From: an uncultured Acidimicrobiales bacterium
GTDB lineage: Bacteria > Actinomycetota > Acidimicrobiia > Acidimicrobiales > CAWCAL01
Assembly: GCA_963697385.1 (NCBI GenBank)
Contig: CAVONU010000004.1
Coordinates: forward strand, 963,915 to 1,027,914
Direction: 5' to 3'
DNA: 64,000 bases
Part shown: positions 28,455 through 37,693 of the stretch, piece after piece
Position numbering within the stretch: the first letter of the stretch is position 1
Layout: each line of letters begins with the position of its first letter
The notes under the pieces: generated by a model
Database searches by the model: none
The model's input: only the letters and a program-made list of their open reading frames with translations
Told to the model about the DNA's origin: nothing
Made by a program: the position numbers and the translations under genes

Positions 28455-29360
28455 CTGTATCCCCAGGTCGCCCAGAACAAGCGACGATCGATGCTGCTCG
28501 TCGTCGGGTTCTTCATCTTCACCCTCTTCGTGCTCCTGGTCGCGGTGTCGTTCGTCGCCACGGGTCCGAGCATCATCGTCATCGCGGTCGTCCTCGCGGT
28601 GGGGACCACCTGGATCAGCTACTGGAAGTCCGATGCGGTCGCGCTGCGGATGAGCCGGGCCAAGCCGGCATCGATCGAGGCGTATCCCCGCTACCACAAC
28701 CTGATCGAGGGGCTCTGCATCGCCTCGGGTCTGCCCAAGCCGCGGCTCTACGTCATCGACGACCCGGCGCCCAACGCCTTCGCCACGGGCCGGAACCCCA
28801 AGAACAGTGCCATCGCGGTCACGACCGGCCTGCTCGAGAAGATGAACCGCATCGAGCTCGAGGGAGTGCTCGCTCACGAGCTCTCACACGTCCAGAACTA
28901 CGACATCCTGATCAGCACCATCGCCGTCACGATGGTCGGGATCCTGACGCTCGTGGCCGATCTGACCTTCCGGACCATGTGGCTCAGCGGCCACCGTCGT
29001 CGGGGCAGCAGCGACGCCCCCGGTGTCGGCGCCATCCTCGCCATCCTGGGCATCGTCATGCTGGTGCTGGCGCCACTCATCGGCCGTCTCATGCAGGCCA
29101 CGGTGGGGCGCAGACGCGAACAGCTGGCCGACTTCTCCGCCGTCGAGATGACCCGCTACCCGCCGGGGCTCATCGGTGCGCTGGAGAAGCTGCAGGAGGA
29201 CACCACCATCGTGCAGTCGGGGTCCCGGGCGACCGCTCACTTGTGGATCGAAGAGCCGATGGCCCAGCATGCCCAGGACGGCAACCTGTCCCGGGTGAAC
29301 CGCATGTTCGCCACCCACCCGCCGCTCGAAGAACGCATCGCCGCCCTCCGGGAGCTCTGA
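28455..29360 (+). CDS. htpX: M48 family zinc metalloprotease, HtpX-like
   Basis: HELSHV zinc motif, NAFATGRNP, FATHPPLEERI. The N-terminal QNKRRSMLLVVG aligns with the HtpX N-terminus (ANRLKTFLLLVG in M. tuberculosis as I recall it), which lies upstream of the first ATG (28491). CTG 28455 sits 5 nt after AGGAGG (28444-28449). Start uncertain. Confidence 0.8.
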   Translation: MYPQVAQNKRRSMLLVVGFFIFTLFVLLVAVSFVATGPSIIVIAVVLAVGTTWISYWKSDAVALRMSRAKPASIEAYPRYHNLIEGLCIASGLPKPRLYVIDDPAPNAFATGRNPKNSAIAVTTGLLEKMNRIELEGVLAHELSHVQNYDILISTIAVTMVGILTLVADLTFRTMWLSGHRRRGSSDAPGVGAILAILGIVMLVLAPLIGRLMQATVGRRREQLADFSAVEMTRYPPGLIGALEKLQEDTTIVQSGSRATAHLWIEEPMAQHAQDGNLSRVNRMFATHPPLEERIAALREL

Positions 29361-29364
29361 CACC

Positions 29365-30474
29365 GTGACCCTCCGACGCACCCGGCCGCTCCTGAGAGCG
29401 GCCGCTCTCCTCATCATCGCGGCGCTCGTCGCGGTGGCCTGCGGCAACGACGACGATGCGGCTCCGGTCACCACGACCACCACGACGACGTCGACGTCCA
29501 CGTCCACCACCAGCACGACCGTGGCCCTGGGACCGATCGCCCCGCTGACCGGAGCGCCCACGCTGGCCGAATTCGCCGACAATCTCGACCGACCGGCCAT
29601 GGCGGTGAAGATCCACAACCAGGACGGTGCCTTCCCCCAGGCCGGACTGGAATTCACCGACCTGGTCTACGAGGAGCTCATCGCCAGCAGCGCCACCCGG
29701 CTCATCGCCATCTTCCACTCGCTCGACGCACCGACCGTCGGCCCGATCCGTTCGGCTCGCACGTCGGATCCGCCCATCCTGGCCAACCTCAACACGCCCG
29801 GGTTCGCGTACTCGGGTGCCAACCCGGGAACGTTGTCGCGGGTGCGCAACGCCGACCTGATCGGCATCATCGACACCCGACCCCAGATCTACCGCGATCC
29901 CAATCGCCCGCCGGCGCCAGACAACCTCATGAGCAGCACCGAGGGTCTCTACGAGCTGCTGGGGGACCGCGGTGGGGTTCCCACGGCCATCCTCCCGTAC
30001 GTCGAGGAAGGCGCCGCTGCCGGCGACCCGGTCGACGGTGCCGAGGTGCAGATCAGCAACAGCTACCGCGTCCAGGTCGCCTGGGACGAGGAGCGGGGCG
30101 AGTGGCTCCGCTGGCAGCTGGGCGGCCCGCACACCGAGGTGGTCGACGGAGGCGAATTCGGTGGCCCGGTCCAGCAGGTCGGCACCGCCAACGTGGTCGT
30201 CGCCGACATCCCCTACGGCACCAGCACCGTCGACGAGCGCACGCCCGAGGCCGATCCCATCGGTGAGGGTCCGGTCTGGATCCTGTCCGAGGGCAAGGTG
30301 GTCTCCGGACTCTGGCGCCGCCCCACCGAGAGCGACCCCTGGGAGTTCGTCGACGGGAACGGGGCGCCGCTCGGCGTTACCCCCGGACGCACCTGGTTCG
30401 TCCTGGCCCGGTCGGGTGAGGTCACCCCCCTGAGCGCCGAGGAGATCGCCGACCTCCCGCCCCTCGAGTCATGA
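29365..30474 (+). CDS. DUF3048 domain lipoprotein (YerB-like)
   Basis: Lipobox LVAVACG, Thr/Ser linker, APLTG...RPAMAVKIHN...PQAGLEFTDLVYEE...TRLIAIFHS...GPIRSARTSD. Confidence 0.75.
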   Translation: MTLRRTRPLLRAAALLIIAALVAVACGNDDDAAPVTTTTTTTSTSTSTTSTTVALGPIAPLTGAPTLAEFADNLDRPAMAVKIHNQDGAFPQAGLEFTDLVYEELIASSATRLIAIFHSLDAPTVGPIRSARTSDPPILANLNTPGFAYSGANPGTLSRVRNADLIGIIDTRPQIYRDPNRPPAPDNLMSSTEGLYELLGDRGGVPTAILPYVEEGAAAGDPVDGAEVQISNSYRVQVAWDEERGEWLRWQLGGPHTEVVDGGEFGGPVQQVGTANVVVADIPYGTSTVDERTPEADPIGEGPVWILSEGKVVSGLWRRPTESDPWEFVDGNGAPLGVTPGRTWFVLARSGEVTPLSAEEIADLPPLES

Positions 30475-30541
30475 GCGTCGCAACGCCGGTTCGGTGGACA
30501 AAGTTCGTCGGTCGCACCGGCGACGCTCGTAGAATCCCGGT

Positions 30542-31447
30542 ATGAGCGACCCCAACCCCGCCGTGCCCGGTCGGACCACCGGCTCGGACCTCGTCAAGCG
30601 AGGCCTGGCCGAGATGTTGAAGGGCGGCGTCATCATGGACGTCGTCGACGCCGAGCAGGCCAAGATCGCCGAAGACGCCGGTGCGGTGGCCGTGATGGCA
30701 CTCGAACGCGTCCCTTCCGACATCCGCAGCCAGGGCGGGGTCGCCCGCATGAGCGACCCCGAGATGATCGAGGGCATCCAGGCCGTCGTGACCATCCCGG
30801 TCATGGCCAAGGCCCGCATCGGCCACTTCGCCGAGGCGCAGGTGCTGGAAGCGCTCGCGGTGGACTACATCGACGAGAGCGAAGTGCTCACCCCGGCCGA
30901 CGAGGCCCACCACATCGACAAGTGGGCGTTCACCGTCCCGTTCGTGTGCGGGGCCACCAACCTGGGCGAGGCGCTCCGGCGCATCAGCGAGGGTGCGGCC
31001 ATGATCCGCTCGAAGGGCGAGGCCGGCACCGGCAACATCGTCGAGGCGGTGCGTCACCTGCGCTCGATCATCGGGGACATGCGCAAGGTCACCCAGGCCG
31101 ACTCGGCCGAGATCTACGACTGGGCCAAGCAGCTCCAGGCGCCGGTGCCGCTGGTGAAGGAGATCGCCGAGACCGGCCGTCTGCCCGTGCCCATGTTCTG
31201 CGCCGGCGGGATCGCCACCCCGGCCGACGCCGCCCTGGTCATGCAGCTCGGCGCCGATGCGGTGTTCGTCGGCTCGGGCATCTTCAAGAGCAGCGAGCCC
31301 ACCACCATGGCCAAGGCCATCGTCGAGGCCACGCTCAACTACACCGATCCCGCCATCCTGGCCAAGGTCAGCCGCGGGCTCGGCTCGGCCATGCCCGGAC
31401 TCGAGATCTCGCAGCTCGAGCAGACCTACGCCGATCGGGGCTGGTGA
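30542..31447 (+). CDS. pdxS: pyridoxal 5'-phosphate synthase lyase subunit
   Basis: [77 protein letters not shown]. Confidence 0.95.
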   Translation: MSDPNPAVPGRTTGSDLVKRGLAEMLKGGVIMDVVDAEQAKIAEDAGAVAVMALERVPSDIRSQGGVARMSDPEMIEGIQAVVTIPVMAKARIGHFAEAQVLEALAVDYIDESEVLTPADEAHHIDKWAFTVPFVCGATNLGEALRRISEGAAMIRSKGEAGTGNIVEAVRHLRSIIGDMRKVTQADSAEIYDWAKQLQAPVPLVKEIAETGRLPVPMFCAGGIATPADAALVMQLGADAVFVGSGIFKSSEPTTMAKAIVEATLNYTDPAILAKVSRGLGSAMPGLEISQLEQTYADRGW

Positions 31448-31480
31448 TGCGTGCCACCGCCCAACCCCCAGGATCCCGGG

Positions 31481-32062
31481 ATGAAGATCGGCATCCTCGC
31501 GGTCCAGGGAGCGGTCCAGCTCCACGCTGACACGCTCGATCGGTGCGGCCTCGCCCCGGTCGAGGTGCGCACCCCGGCCCAGCTGGCCGACGTCGACGGG
31601 TTGATCATGCCCGGGGGCGAGTCCACCACCATGTCCATGCTCCTGGAGCGCAGTGGGCTCTTCGACCCGCTGGCCCAACGGATCCACGACGGGCTGCCCG
31701 TCTTCGGGACCTGCGCCGGGATGATCCTGCTGGCCGGCGGAGTCCAGGGTGGCCGCGACGATCAGCGATCGTTCGGTGCCATCGACATCGACGTCGAGCG
31801 CAACGGGTACGGACGCCAGCGCGAGTCGTTCGAGGCGCCCATCGACCTCGGCGACGGGTCGACCCCGTTCCCGGGCGTCTTCATTCGGGCGCCGCGGGTG
31901 CTCCGAGCCGGACCATCCGTCGACGTCCTGGCCCGCCTCGACGACACGCCGGTGCTGGCCCGATCGGGGTCGGTGCTGGTCAGCTCGTTCCACCCCGAGC
32001 TGTCGGGTGATCTCCGCCTGCACCAGCGCTTCCTGGCGCTGGCCGAGGACCACCACCGCTGA
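31481..32062 (+). CDS. pdxT: pyridoxal 5'-phosphate synthase glutaminase subunit
   Basis: ATG 31481. MKIGILAVQGAV, PGGESTTM, GTCAGMILL, FHPEL. Confidence 0.9.
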   Translation: MKIGILAVQGAVQLHADTLDRCGLAPVEVRTPAQLADVDGLIMPGGESTTMSMLLERSGLFDPLAQRIHDGLPVFGTCAGMILLAGGVQGGRDDQRSFGAIDIDVERNGYGRQRESFEAPIDLGDGSTPFPGVFIRAPRVLRAGPSVDVLARLDDTPVLARSGSVLVSSFHPELSGDLRLHQRFLALAEDHHR

Positions 32063-32084
32063 GCATCAACGAAGGAGAGGCTGC

Positions 32085-32834
32085 ATGTCAGGTCATTCCA
32101 AATGGGCGACGATCAAGCACAAGAAGGGCGCGGCCGACGCCAAGCGCGGGAAACTCTTCGCCAAGCTGATCAAGCAGGTCGAGGTGGCGGCGCGTCAGGG
32201 CGGCGGCGATCCCGACTCGAACCCCACGCTGCGGACCATGTTCCAGAAGGCCCGCGACAGCTCGGTGCCGTTGGACACGATCGAGCGAGCGGTCAAGCGG
32301 GGGACCGGTGAGCTCGAAGGCGTCGAGTACGAGCAGGTCACCTACGAGGGCTACGCACCCAACGGTGTCGCGCTGTACGTCGAGGTGCTGACCGACAACC
32401 GCAATCGCTCGGGTTCGGAGATCCGCACCCTGCTGACCAAGAACGGCGGTTCCCTGGCCGAGCCCGGCGCCGTGGCGTGGCAGTTCGAGCGCAAGGGGGT
32501 CGTGATCGTGCCCCGGTCCGTCGACGAGGACGAGCTGATGATGGTCGCGCTCGACGCGGGGGCCGAGGATCTGGCCGACGAGGGCGACACCTGGCGGGTC
32601 ACGACCGGTCCGTCGGATCTCCCGACGGTCCGCGAGGCGCTCGAGGCGGGTGAGGTGCCGTTCGAGAGCGCCGACCTGACCATGCTGCCCAGCAGCACCG
32701 TCGAGCTCGCTTCGGCCGAGGACGCCAAGGCTGTGCTGCGGCTGATCGACCTGCTCGACGACCACGACGACGTGCAGGACGTCTACGCCAACTTCGACAT
32801 CCCCGACGACGTGCTCCAAGCGGTCAGCGTGTGA
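32085..32834 (+). CDS. yebC: YebC/PmpR family DNA-binding transcriptional regulator
   Basis: MSGHSKWATIKHKKGAADAKRGKLFAKLIKQVEVAAR. RBS GAAGGAGAGG upstream of ATG 32085. Confidence 0.95.
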   Translation: MSGHSKWATIKHKKGAADAKRGKLFAKLIKQVEVAARQGGGDPDSNPTLRTMFQKARDSSVPLDTIERAVKRGTGELEGVEYEQVTYEGYAPNGVALYVEVLTDNRNRSGSEIRTLLTKNGGSLAEPGAVAWQFERKGVVIVPRSVDEDELMMVALDAGAEDLADEGDTWRVTTGPSDLPTVREALEAGEVPFESADLTMLPSSTVELASAEDAKAVLRLIDLLDDHDDVQDVYANFDIPDDVLQAVSV

Positions 32835-33738
32835 CCGCGGACCTGAACGACCTGACCGCGCTCCGATCGCTCGGAACGGGCGGACCGCTGGTTTCGCCGC
32901 TCGGTCTCGGCACCATGACCTTCGGGGCGGAGACGCCGGCCGACGAGGCGCATCGCCAGCTCGATCGGTACGTCGAGGCGGGAGGAACGTTCATCGACAC
33001 GGCCGACGTCTACTCGGCGGGTGAGTCGGAGCGGATCGTCGGCGAATGGCTGGCCAGCCGCGGCATCACCGACGAGGTGGTGGTGGCCACCAAGGCCCGC
33101 TTCCTGCCGCCTCGAGGATCCCACGGTGCCTCGCGTCGGGCGCTGCAGCGATGTGTCGACGGGTCGCTTGACCGGCTCGGGGTCGATCGCATCGACATGT
33201 TCTGGGTGCACGGGTGGGACGAGTTCACGCCCGTCGAGGAGACGCTCGACACCCTGTCGTCGATCGTCCGGACGGGGAAGATCTCCCACATCGGGTGGTC
33301 CAACGTGACGGCCTGGCAGCTCCAACACATCGTGACCACCGCTCGACTCCGCGGCCACGTCGTTCCCCAGCGCTGCAGCCGCAATGGAACCTGCTCGACC
33401 GCTCGGTCGAGATCGAGGTCGTGCCCTGCTGCCTGTCCGAGGGCCTGGGGATCGCCCCGGTCGCCGTTGGGTGGAGGGTGGCTGACGGGCAAGTACCAAC
33501 GGAACCGACCGCCGACGGAGCGACGAGGCTGGGACGTCCGAGGTCGTCGCCACTGGGTCGAGGCGTGACGACGGGCGCGCACCGACCGGCAGCCGGCGAG
33601 GTGAACAGGCGGTCCTCGACGCCAGAACGGGTGGCCGGCCGTCATGGCGTCCCGATGCGACCACGTGGCCATCGTTGGTCCCGGCGCGCGACCGGGTGCG
33701 CGACGGGCTGTTCGGCGCCCGAGGTCGGCACGGTCTAG
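32831..33738 (+). pseudogene. aldo/keto reductase, disrupted by at least two frameshifts
   Basis: Frame of ORF 32831-33568 is AKR-like to ...ARLRGHVVP (about 33367). The motif ALQPQWNLLDRSVEIEVVPCCLSEGLGIAP continues in the frame of ORF 33214-33738, and SPLGGGWLTGKYQRNRPPT returns to the first frame. Shifts lie at the C-run 33365-33368 and at about 33460, where a Trp codon appears truncated. Confidence 0.75.
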
Positions 33739-33921
33739 CTGGATGAGACCCGAGTCGACGGCTTCGCTGCGGCTGACCCGGTTCCAGTGCTCGAACGTCG
33801 ATCCCACCGAGGTGTAGGCGCTGGCGCGCATCCCGTTCTGAGCACTCGTGCTGCGGCGAACGGCGCCCCGGTCGTGCCGAGGGACCCAGGCGGGAGCTCG
33901 AACGCCGCCAGGTGCTGTCGC

Positions 33922-34071
33922 GACGAGGCGGACCTCGACGCGCTGGCGACGGCCTCCGATCCCCACCTGCCCGAGTATCCCTACGGGATGATCCGGCGGA
34001 TCATGGACGTGACCGTGTGGGACGACCTTGGCCTCCGTCTGGAGCGGGAGTACCGCGGCCTCGGCCGGTGA
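33922..34071 (+). pseudogene. orphan AKR C-terminal-like fragment
   Basis: DEADLDALATASDPHLPEYPYGM resembles the AKR C-terminal LxxEExxxLDxxSxPxxxYPYG pattern. No intact upstream body in this frame. Confidence 0.35.
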
Positions 34072-34220
34072 CGAGCGCGCCGCACGACACTGCCACCCCA
34101 GCCCGAACTCGGGGGAACGTGCTTCGGGGGTGAAGCGAATCCCCCGAAGCTCGGGCGTGAGTTCGGTCGCGGTGGGTCGCGAAATGGCCGAGACTCCCGT
34201 GACCGTGTATCCCTGAGTCC

Positions 34221-35012
34221 GTGAAATCCGAGCCGATGAACAAGGCCGAGCTGCGCCGCCGAGTCGACGAGATCGACTGGTTCCACAAGTACGAGATCGT
34301 GCCCGGCGTGATCTCGCCGGGCGTCTATGAGCCGCAGATCCACCTGGAGCGCGGCTGCCTGCCCGAGGACCTGACCGGTCGGTCGGTGCTCGACATCGGA
34401 GCGTGGGACGGGTTCTTCAGCTTCGAGGCCGAACGGCGTGGCGCGTCACGGGTCCTGGCCAGCGACTCGTGGGCGTGGCAGGGTCGCAGCCCGCTGCCGC
34501 CGAAGCCGGGCTCGTCCGAGCCGGCGTTCGGGTCCAAGCGGGGGTTCGAGCTGGTCCACGAGATTCGCGACTCGAAGGTGGAGAGCACCGAGGTCGACGT
34601 CATGGATCTGGACCCGGCCGACGTCGGCACGTTCGACGTCGTGCTCTTCCTCGGGGTTCTCTACCACCTGCCCCACCCGTTGCTGGCCCTGGAGAAGGTG
34701 GCCAGCGTGGTCGCCGACGGTGGGATGGTGATCATGGAGACGGTGATCGATCAGATGTTCACCCGCCGGCCGGCGGCCGCCTTCTATCCGGATGACGCGC
34801 TCGCGGGGGACGACACCAACTACTGGGGAACCAACCTGGCTTGCAACATCGGCATGATGCGCGCCGCCGGCTTCTCGAGCGCAGAGACCCGCTGGTACAC
34901 CAACTTCCCGACCCGGGTGGGTCACTACGTCAAGCAGTTCGCCAAGGGCAACCGGTTGCCGTTCGTGCAGGCGATGAACACCGGTCGCGGCGTCTTCTAC
35001 GGCTACAAGTAG
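34221..35012 (+). CDS. class I SAM-dependent methyltransferase (DUF1698/CmoB-like)
   Basis: WFHKYEIVPGVISPG, SAM motif I VLDIGAWDGFFSFEAERRGA, DVVLFLGVLYHLPHPLLAL. Confidence 0.8.
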   Translation: MKSEPMNKAELRRRVDEIDWFHKYEIVPGVISPGVYEPQIHLERGCLPEDLTGRSVLDIGAWDGFFSFEAERRGASRVLASDSWAWQGRSPLPPKPGSSEPAFGSKRGFELVHEIRDSKVESTEVDVMDLDPADVGTFDVVLFLGVLYHLPHPLLALEKVASVVADGGMVIMETVIDQMFTRRPAAAFYPDDALAGDDTNYWGTNLACNIGMMRAAGFSSAETRWYTNFPTRVGHYVKQFAKGNRLPFVQAMNTGRGVFYGYK

Positions 35013-35199
35013 AGGAACGCTGCGGAGCCGCCAGGTGGAGCAGCGGTGGGGGTGGGACCCGGATGGCGAAGCCGGCGCAGCGGATTATCGCTGCGCCAGG
35101 GAGGACCGTTAGGAACGCTGCGGAGCCGCCAGGTGGAGCAGCGGTGGGGGTGGGACCCGGATGGCGAAGCCGGCGCAGCGGATTATCGCTGCGCCAGGG
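35013..35199. repeat. 98-bp-period tandem duplication: two identical 89-bp copies separated by 9 bp, each with a 9-bp-stem hairpin
   Basis: 35013-35101 equals 35111-35199 (89/89). GGCGCAGCG-GATTAT-CGCTGCGCC at 35074-35097 and 35172-35195. Fills the whole spacer between convergent stops at 35012 and 35203. Confidence 0.95.
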
Positions 35200-35202
35200 C
35201 AC

Positions 35203-36027
35203 TCAGACCTCGTTGGCGACGCCGAGGAGGCGGCCGCGGCGGACCGAGCGGACGCCGCGGCTGAGCGAGATGCCGGCGATCACCCAGGCGATGGCGCCGA
35301 TCACGAGCGGCGACGTCGACCCGCCGAAGAGGGCGCCCGACGACTGGCCGTAGGCCACCAGGATCAGCGGCAGGCTGATCAGGCCCGATGCCTGCTGCGC
35401 GGCGGCAGTGGAACGCACCCGGGCCGACAGGCGGAGCACGAGCGAGAGGGTCAACGCCAGGAATGGCGGGACGACCCACAACATCAGCATCCACCACTCG
35501 GCGGTGGGGAAGAACCACCCGCCCACCTCGGGTCCGACGATCAGGTTCACCATCAGGGAGTACGCACCGAACCCGACGATGGTGGTGAAGTAGCCCGGCG
35601 TCAGGCTGGCGATGAGCTTGCCGACGTAGATCTCACGGGTGGAGGCGGGGGAGTGGGCCAGGAACTCGCCCGTGCCCCGCTCGCGCTCGCCGACGATGGT
35701 GGCGGCACCCACCGCGGTCGAGATGGTGAGCGGCACCACCACGGCGATGGGGGCGAACAGATACACCGCAAGGGCGTAGGCCGAACGGGCGGACGGGGTG
35801 TCGCCCTGGATGCGCTCCTGTGCGGTCTCGGGCAGCACCTCGAGGGCGTCGCTCACGTTCTGCACGGCTTCGACGTCGCCCAGCGCCGTGATGCTGAGCA
35901 GCAGGATCGTCGGGATGATGAGGAAGAACAGCCCGCCCAGGATGCTCATGGGGATCCAGAAGTCCTTGGCCCCGATCAGCTGCTTCAGATCGGTCTTCGC
36001 GACGGTCCAGGTGCGGTGCCAGTTCAT
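35203..36027 (-). CDS. ABC-2 type transporter permease
   Basis: Six hydrophobic segments. 4-bp overlap with the upstream ATPase gene. Confidence 0.8.
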   Translation of the reverse strand: MNWHRTWTVAKTDLKQLIGAKDFWIPMSILGGLFFLIIPTILLLSITALGDVEAVQNVSDALEVLPETAQERIQGDTPSARSAYALAVYLFAPIAVVVPLTISTAVGAATIVGERERGTGEFLAHSPASTREIYVGKLIASLTPGYFTTIVGFGAYSLMVNLIVGPEVGGWFFPTAEWWMLMLWVVPPFLALTLSLVLRLSARVRSTAAAQQASGLISLPLILVAYGQSSGALFGGSTSPLVIGAIAWVIAGISLSRGVRSVRRGRLLGVANEV

Positions 36028-37085
36028 CGGGCCTCCGTTCCGCCGATGCTCGGAGCGGTGACGCCCCGTTGGTCTCCTCGTACGGCGAAGTACAGGTCCT
36101 CCAGCGTCGGTTCGTGCGGATCGACACGCGTCACCCGGACACCGCGGGCGACGAGCAGCTCGACCAGTTCGGCGACCGAGCCAGAGTCGCGGAGGGTGAC
36201 GGTGGCCCGGTTCGATGCCGGGTCGTCACCGCGGTGGTAGGTGGACACCCCGGGGAGTCCGGCCAGGTAGTCCAACTCGGCCGGCTTCTCGGCCGCGAAG
36301 TGGACCACCGGCTCGGGCCAGTAGTGGCGGGTGAGGTCGTCGGGTGCGCCCTCGACGAGGGCGTGGCCCTGGTCCAGGACGACCACGTGGTCGGCCAACC
36401 CCTCGGCCTCGGCCAGCAAGTGGGTACACATCACGACCGTGTGGCCCTCGTCGGTCATGTGCCGGATCATCTCCAGCACGGCGACCGAGCTCTCGGGGTC
36501 CAGGCCCGAGGTGGGCTCGTCGAAGAGCAGCAGCTCCGGCTCGTGGAGGATCGACCGGGCCAGGGCCAGTCGGGTCTTCATGCCGGTCGAGTAGCCGCCC
36601 ACGTGGTGGTCGAGGGCGTGGGCGATCCCGAATCGGCCGGCGGCCTCGGCGATACGGGCGTCGAGGTCGCCCTGCACCTCGTACAGCTCGCCGGAGTACC
36701 GGAGGTTGTCCCATCCCGACAGCCGGTCGTACAGGGCCGGCTTGGCCGAGACGACACCACACCGACGGCGGACGTTTTCGCCGTCGGCGCTGGGGTCCCG
36801 GTCGAAGGTGACGACGCGGCCCTCGGTCGGCTTGAGCGCACCGGTGACCACCCGGATCGCCGTGGTCTTGCCGGCGCCGTTCGGGCCGAGCAGGACCGTG
36901 ATCCGGCCCGTGGGGACCTGGAACGTGAGGTCGCGCAGGGCCTGGACGTCGCCGAAGCGGTGCCCGACCGCGCTGAGAGCGACCGTGGTGGGGCCGGCGA
37001 CGGTCGGGGCGGGGGGCGCGACGATCGCCGGGGCGGTCGGGAGGGCTGCTGGCGCGCCGGGAGGAAGGGTGGCGGGAGTGGTCAC
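36024..37085 (-). CDS. ABC transporter ATP-binding protein (with extra C-terminal domain)
   Basis: Walker A GPNGAGKTT, signature YSTGMKTR, Walker B LLLFDEPTSGLD, H-loop MCTH. Confidence 0.9.
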   Translation of the reverse strand: MTTPATLPPGAPAALPTAPAIVAPPAPTVAGPTTVALSAVGHRFGDVQALRDLTFQVPTGRITVLLGPNGAGKTTAIRVVTGALKPTEGRVVTFDRDPSADGENVRRRCGVVSAKPALYDRLSGWDNLRYSGELYEVQGDLDARIAEAAGRFGIAHALDHHVGGYSTGMKTRLALARSILHEPELLLFDEPTSGLDPESSVAVLEMIRHMTDEGHTVVMCTHLLAEAEGLADHVVVLDQGHALVEGAPDDLTRHYWPEPVVHFAAEKPAELDYLAGLPGVSTYHRGDDPASNRATVTLRDSGSVAELVELLVARGVRVTRVDPHEPTLEDLYFAVRGDQRGVTAPSIGGTEAR

Positions 37086-37192
37086 GCATCTCCATCGGGC
37101 GCGGGTGGGGCCGACTTGAACCCGCCTGCGACGATCGTCGGGCCCGACGGTGGTGTCTGGCGGGGCCGCCGCCTCCGACTAAGGTCGTACAC

Positions 37193-37693
37193 ATGTTCGT
37201 TCTCGGGATCGATCCCGGTCTGTCGCGCTGCGGCTACGCCGTCGTCGCTCCGGGCCGACCACGCCCCACGCCCCACGCGGTGGGCGTCCTGCGGACCTCC
37301 ACCTCCGACGAGCGGGCCGTCCGATTGGCCGAGCTCCAGACCGAGATCCGCGCCCTGGTGGCGGAGTTCTCACCGTCGGTCGTGGCGGTCGAGCGGGTCC
37401 TGTTCCAGGTCAATGCCCGGACCGCGATGAGCGTGGCCCAGGCGGTCGGGGTGATCATGGCCGAAGCCGCGTCCGCCGGGCTCGCCGTGGCCGAGTACTC
37501 ACCCAACGAGGTCAAACAGGTCGTGGCCGGCTGGGGCGGCGCGTCCAAGCTCGAGGTGCAGCGAATGGTGCAGACCCAGCTCGGGCTCGCAGCCCTTCCC
37601 GAACCGCCCGACGCGGCCGACGCCGCGGCCGTGGCGCTGTGCCACCTGGCCCACGCACCCATGGTGGCCCGGCTGGCGCGGAGCCGTCGATGA
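37193..37693 (+). CDS. ruvC: crossover junction endodeoxyribonuclease
   Basis: MFVLGIDPGLSRCGYAVV, VAVERVLFQVN, AVALCH. Confidence 0.9.
   Translation: MFVLGIDPGLSRCGYAVVAPGRPRPTPHAVGVLRTSTSDERAVRLAELQTEIRALVAEFSPSVVAVERVLFQVNARTAMSVAQAVGVIMAEAASAGLAVAEYSPNEVKQVVAGWGGASKLEVQRMVQTQLGLAALPEPPDAADAAAVALCHLAHAPMVARLARSRR

Noticed and set aside
33740-33860. A minus-strand fragment (MRASAYTSVGSTFEHWNRVSRSEAVDSGLIQL) as a transposase or integrase remnant inserted in the AKR locus.
   Set aside because: I could not match it to any family motif. It may be the antisense of degraded AKR sequence.
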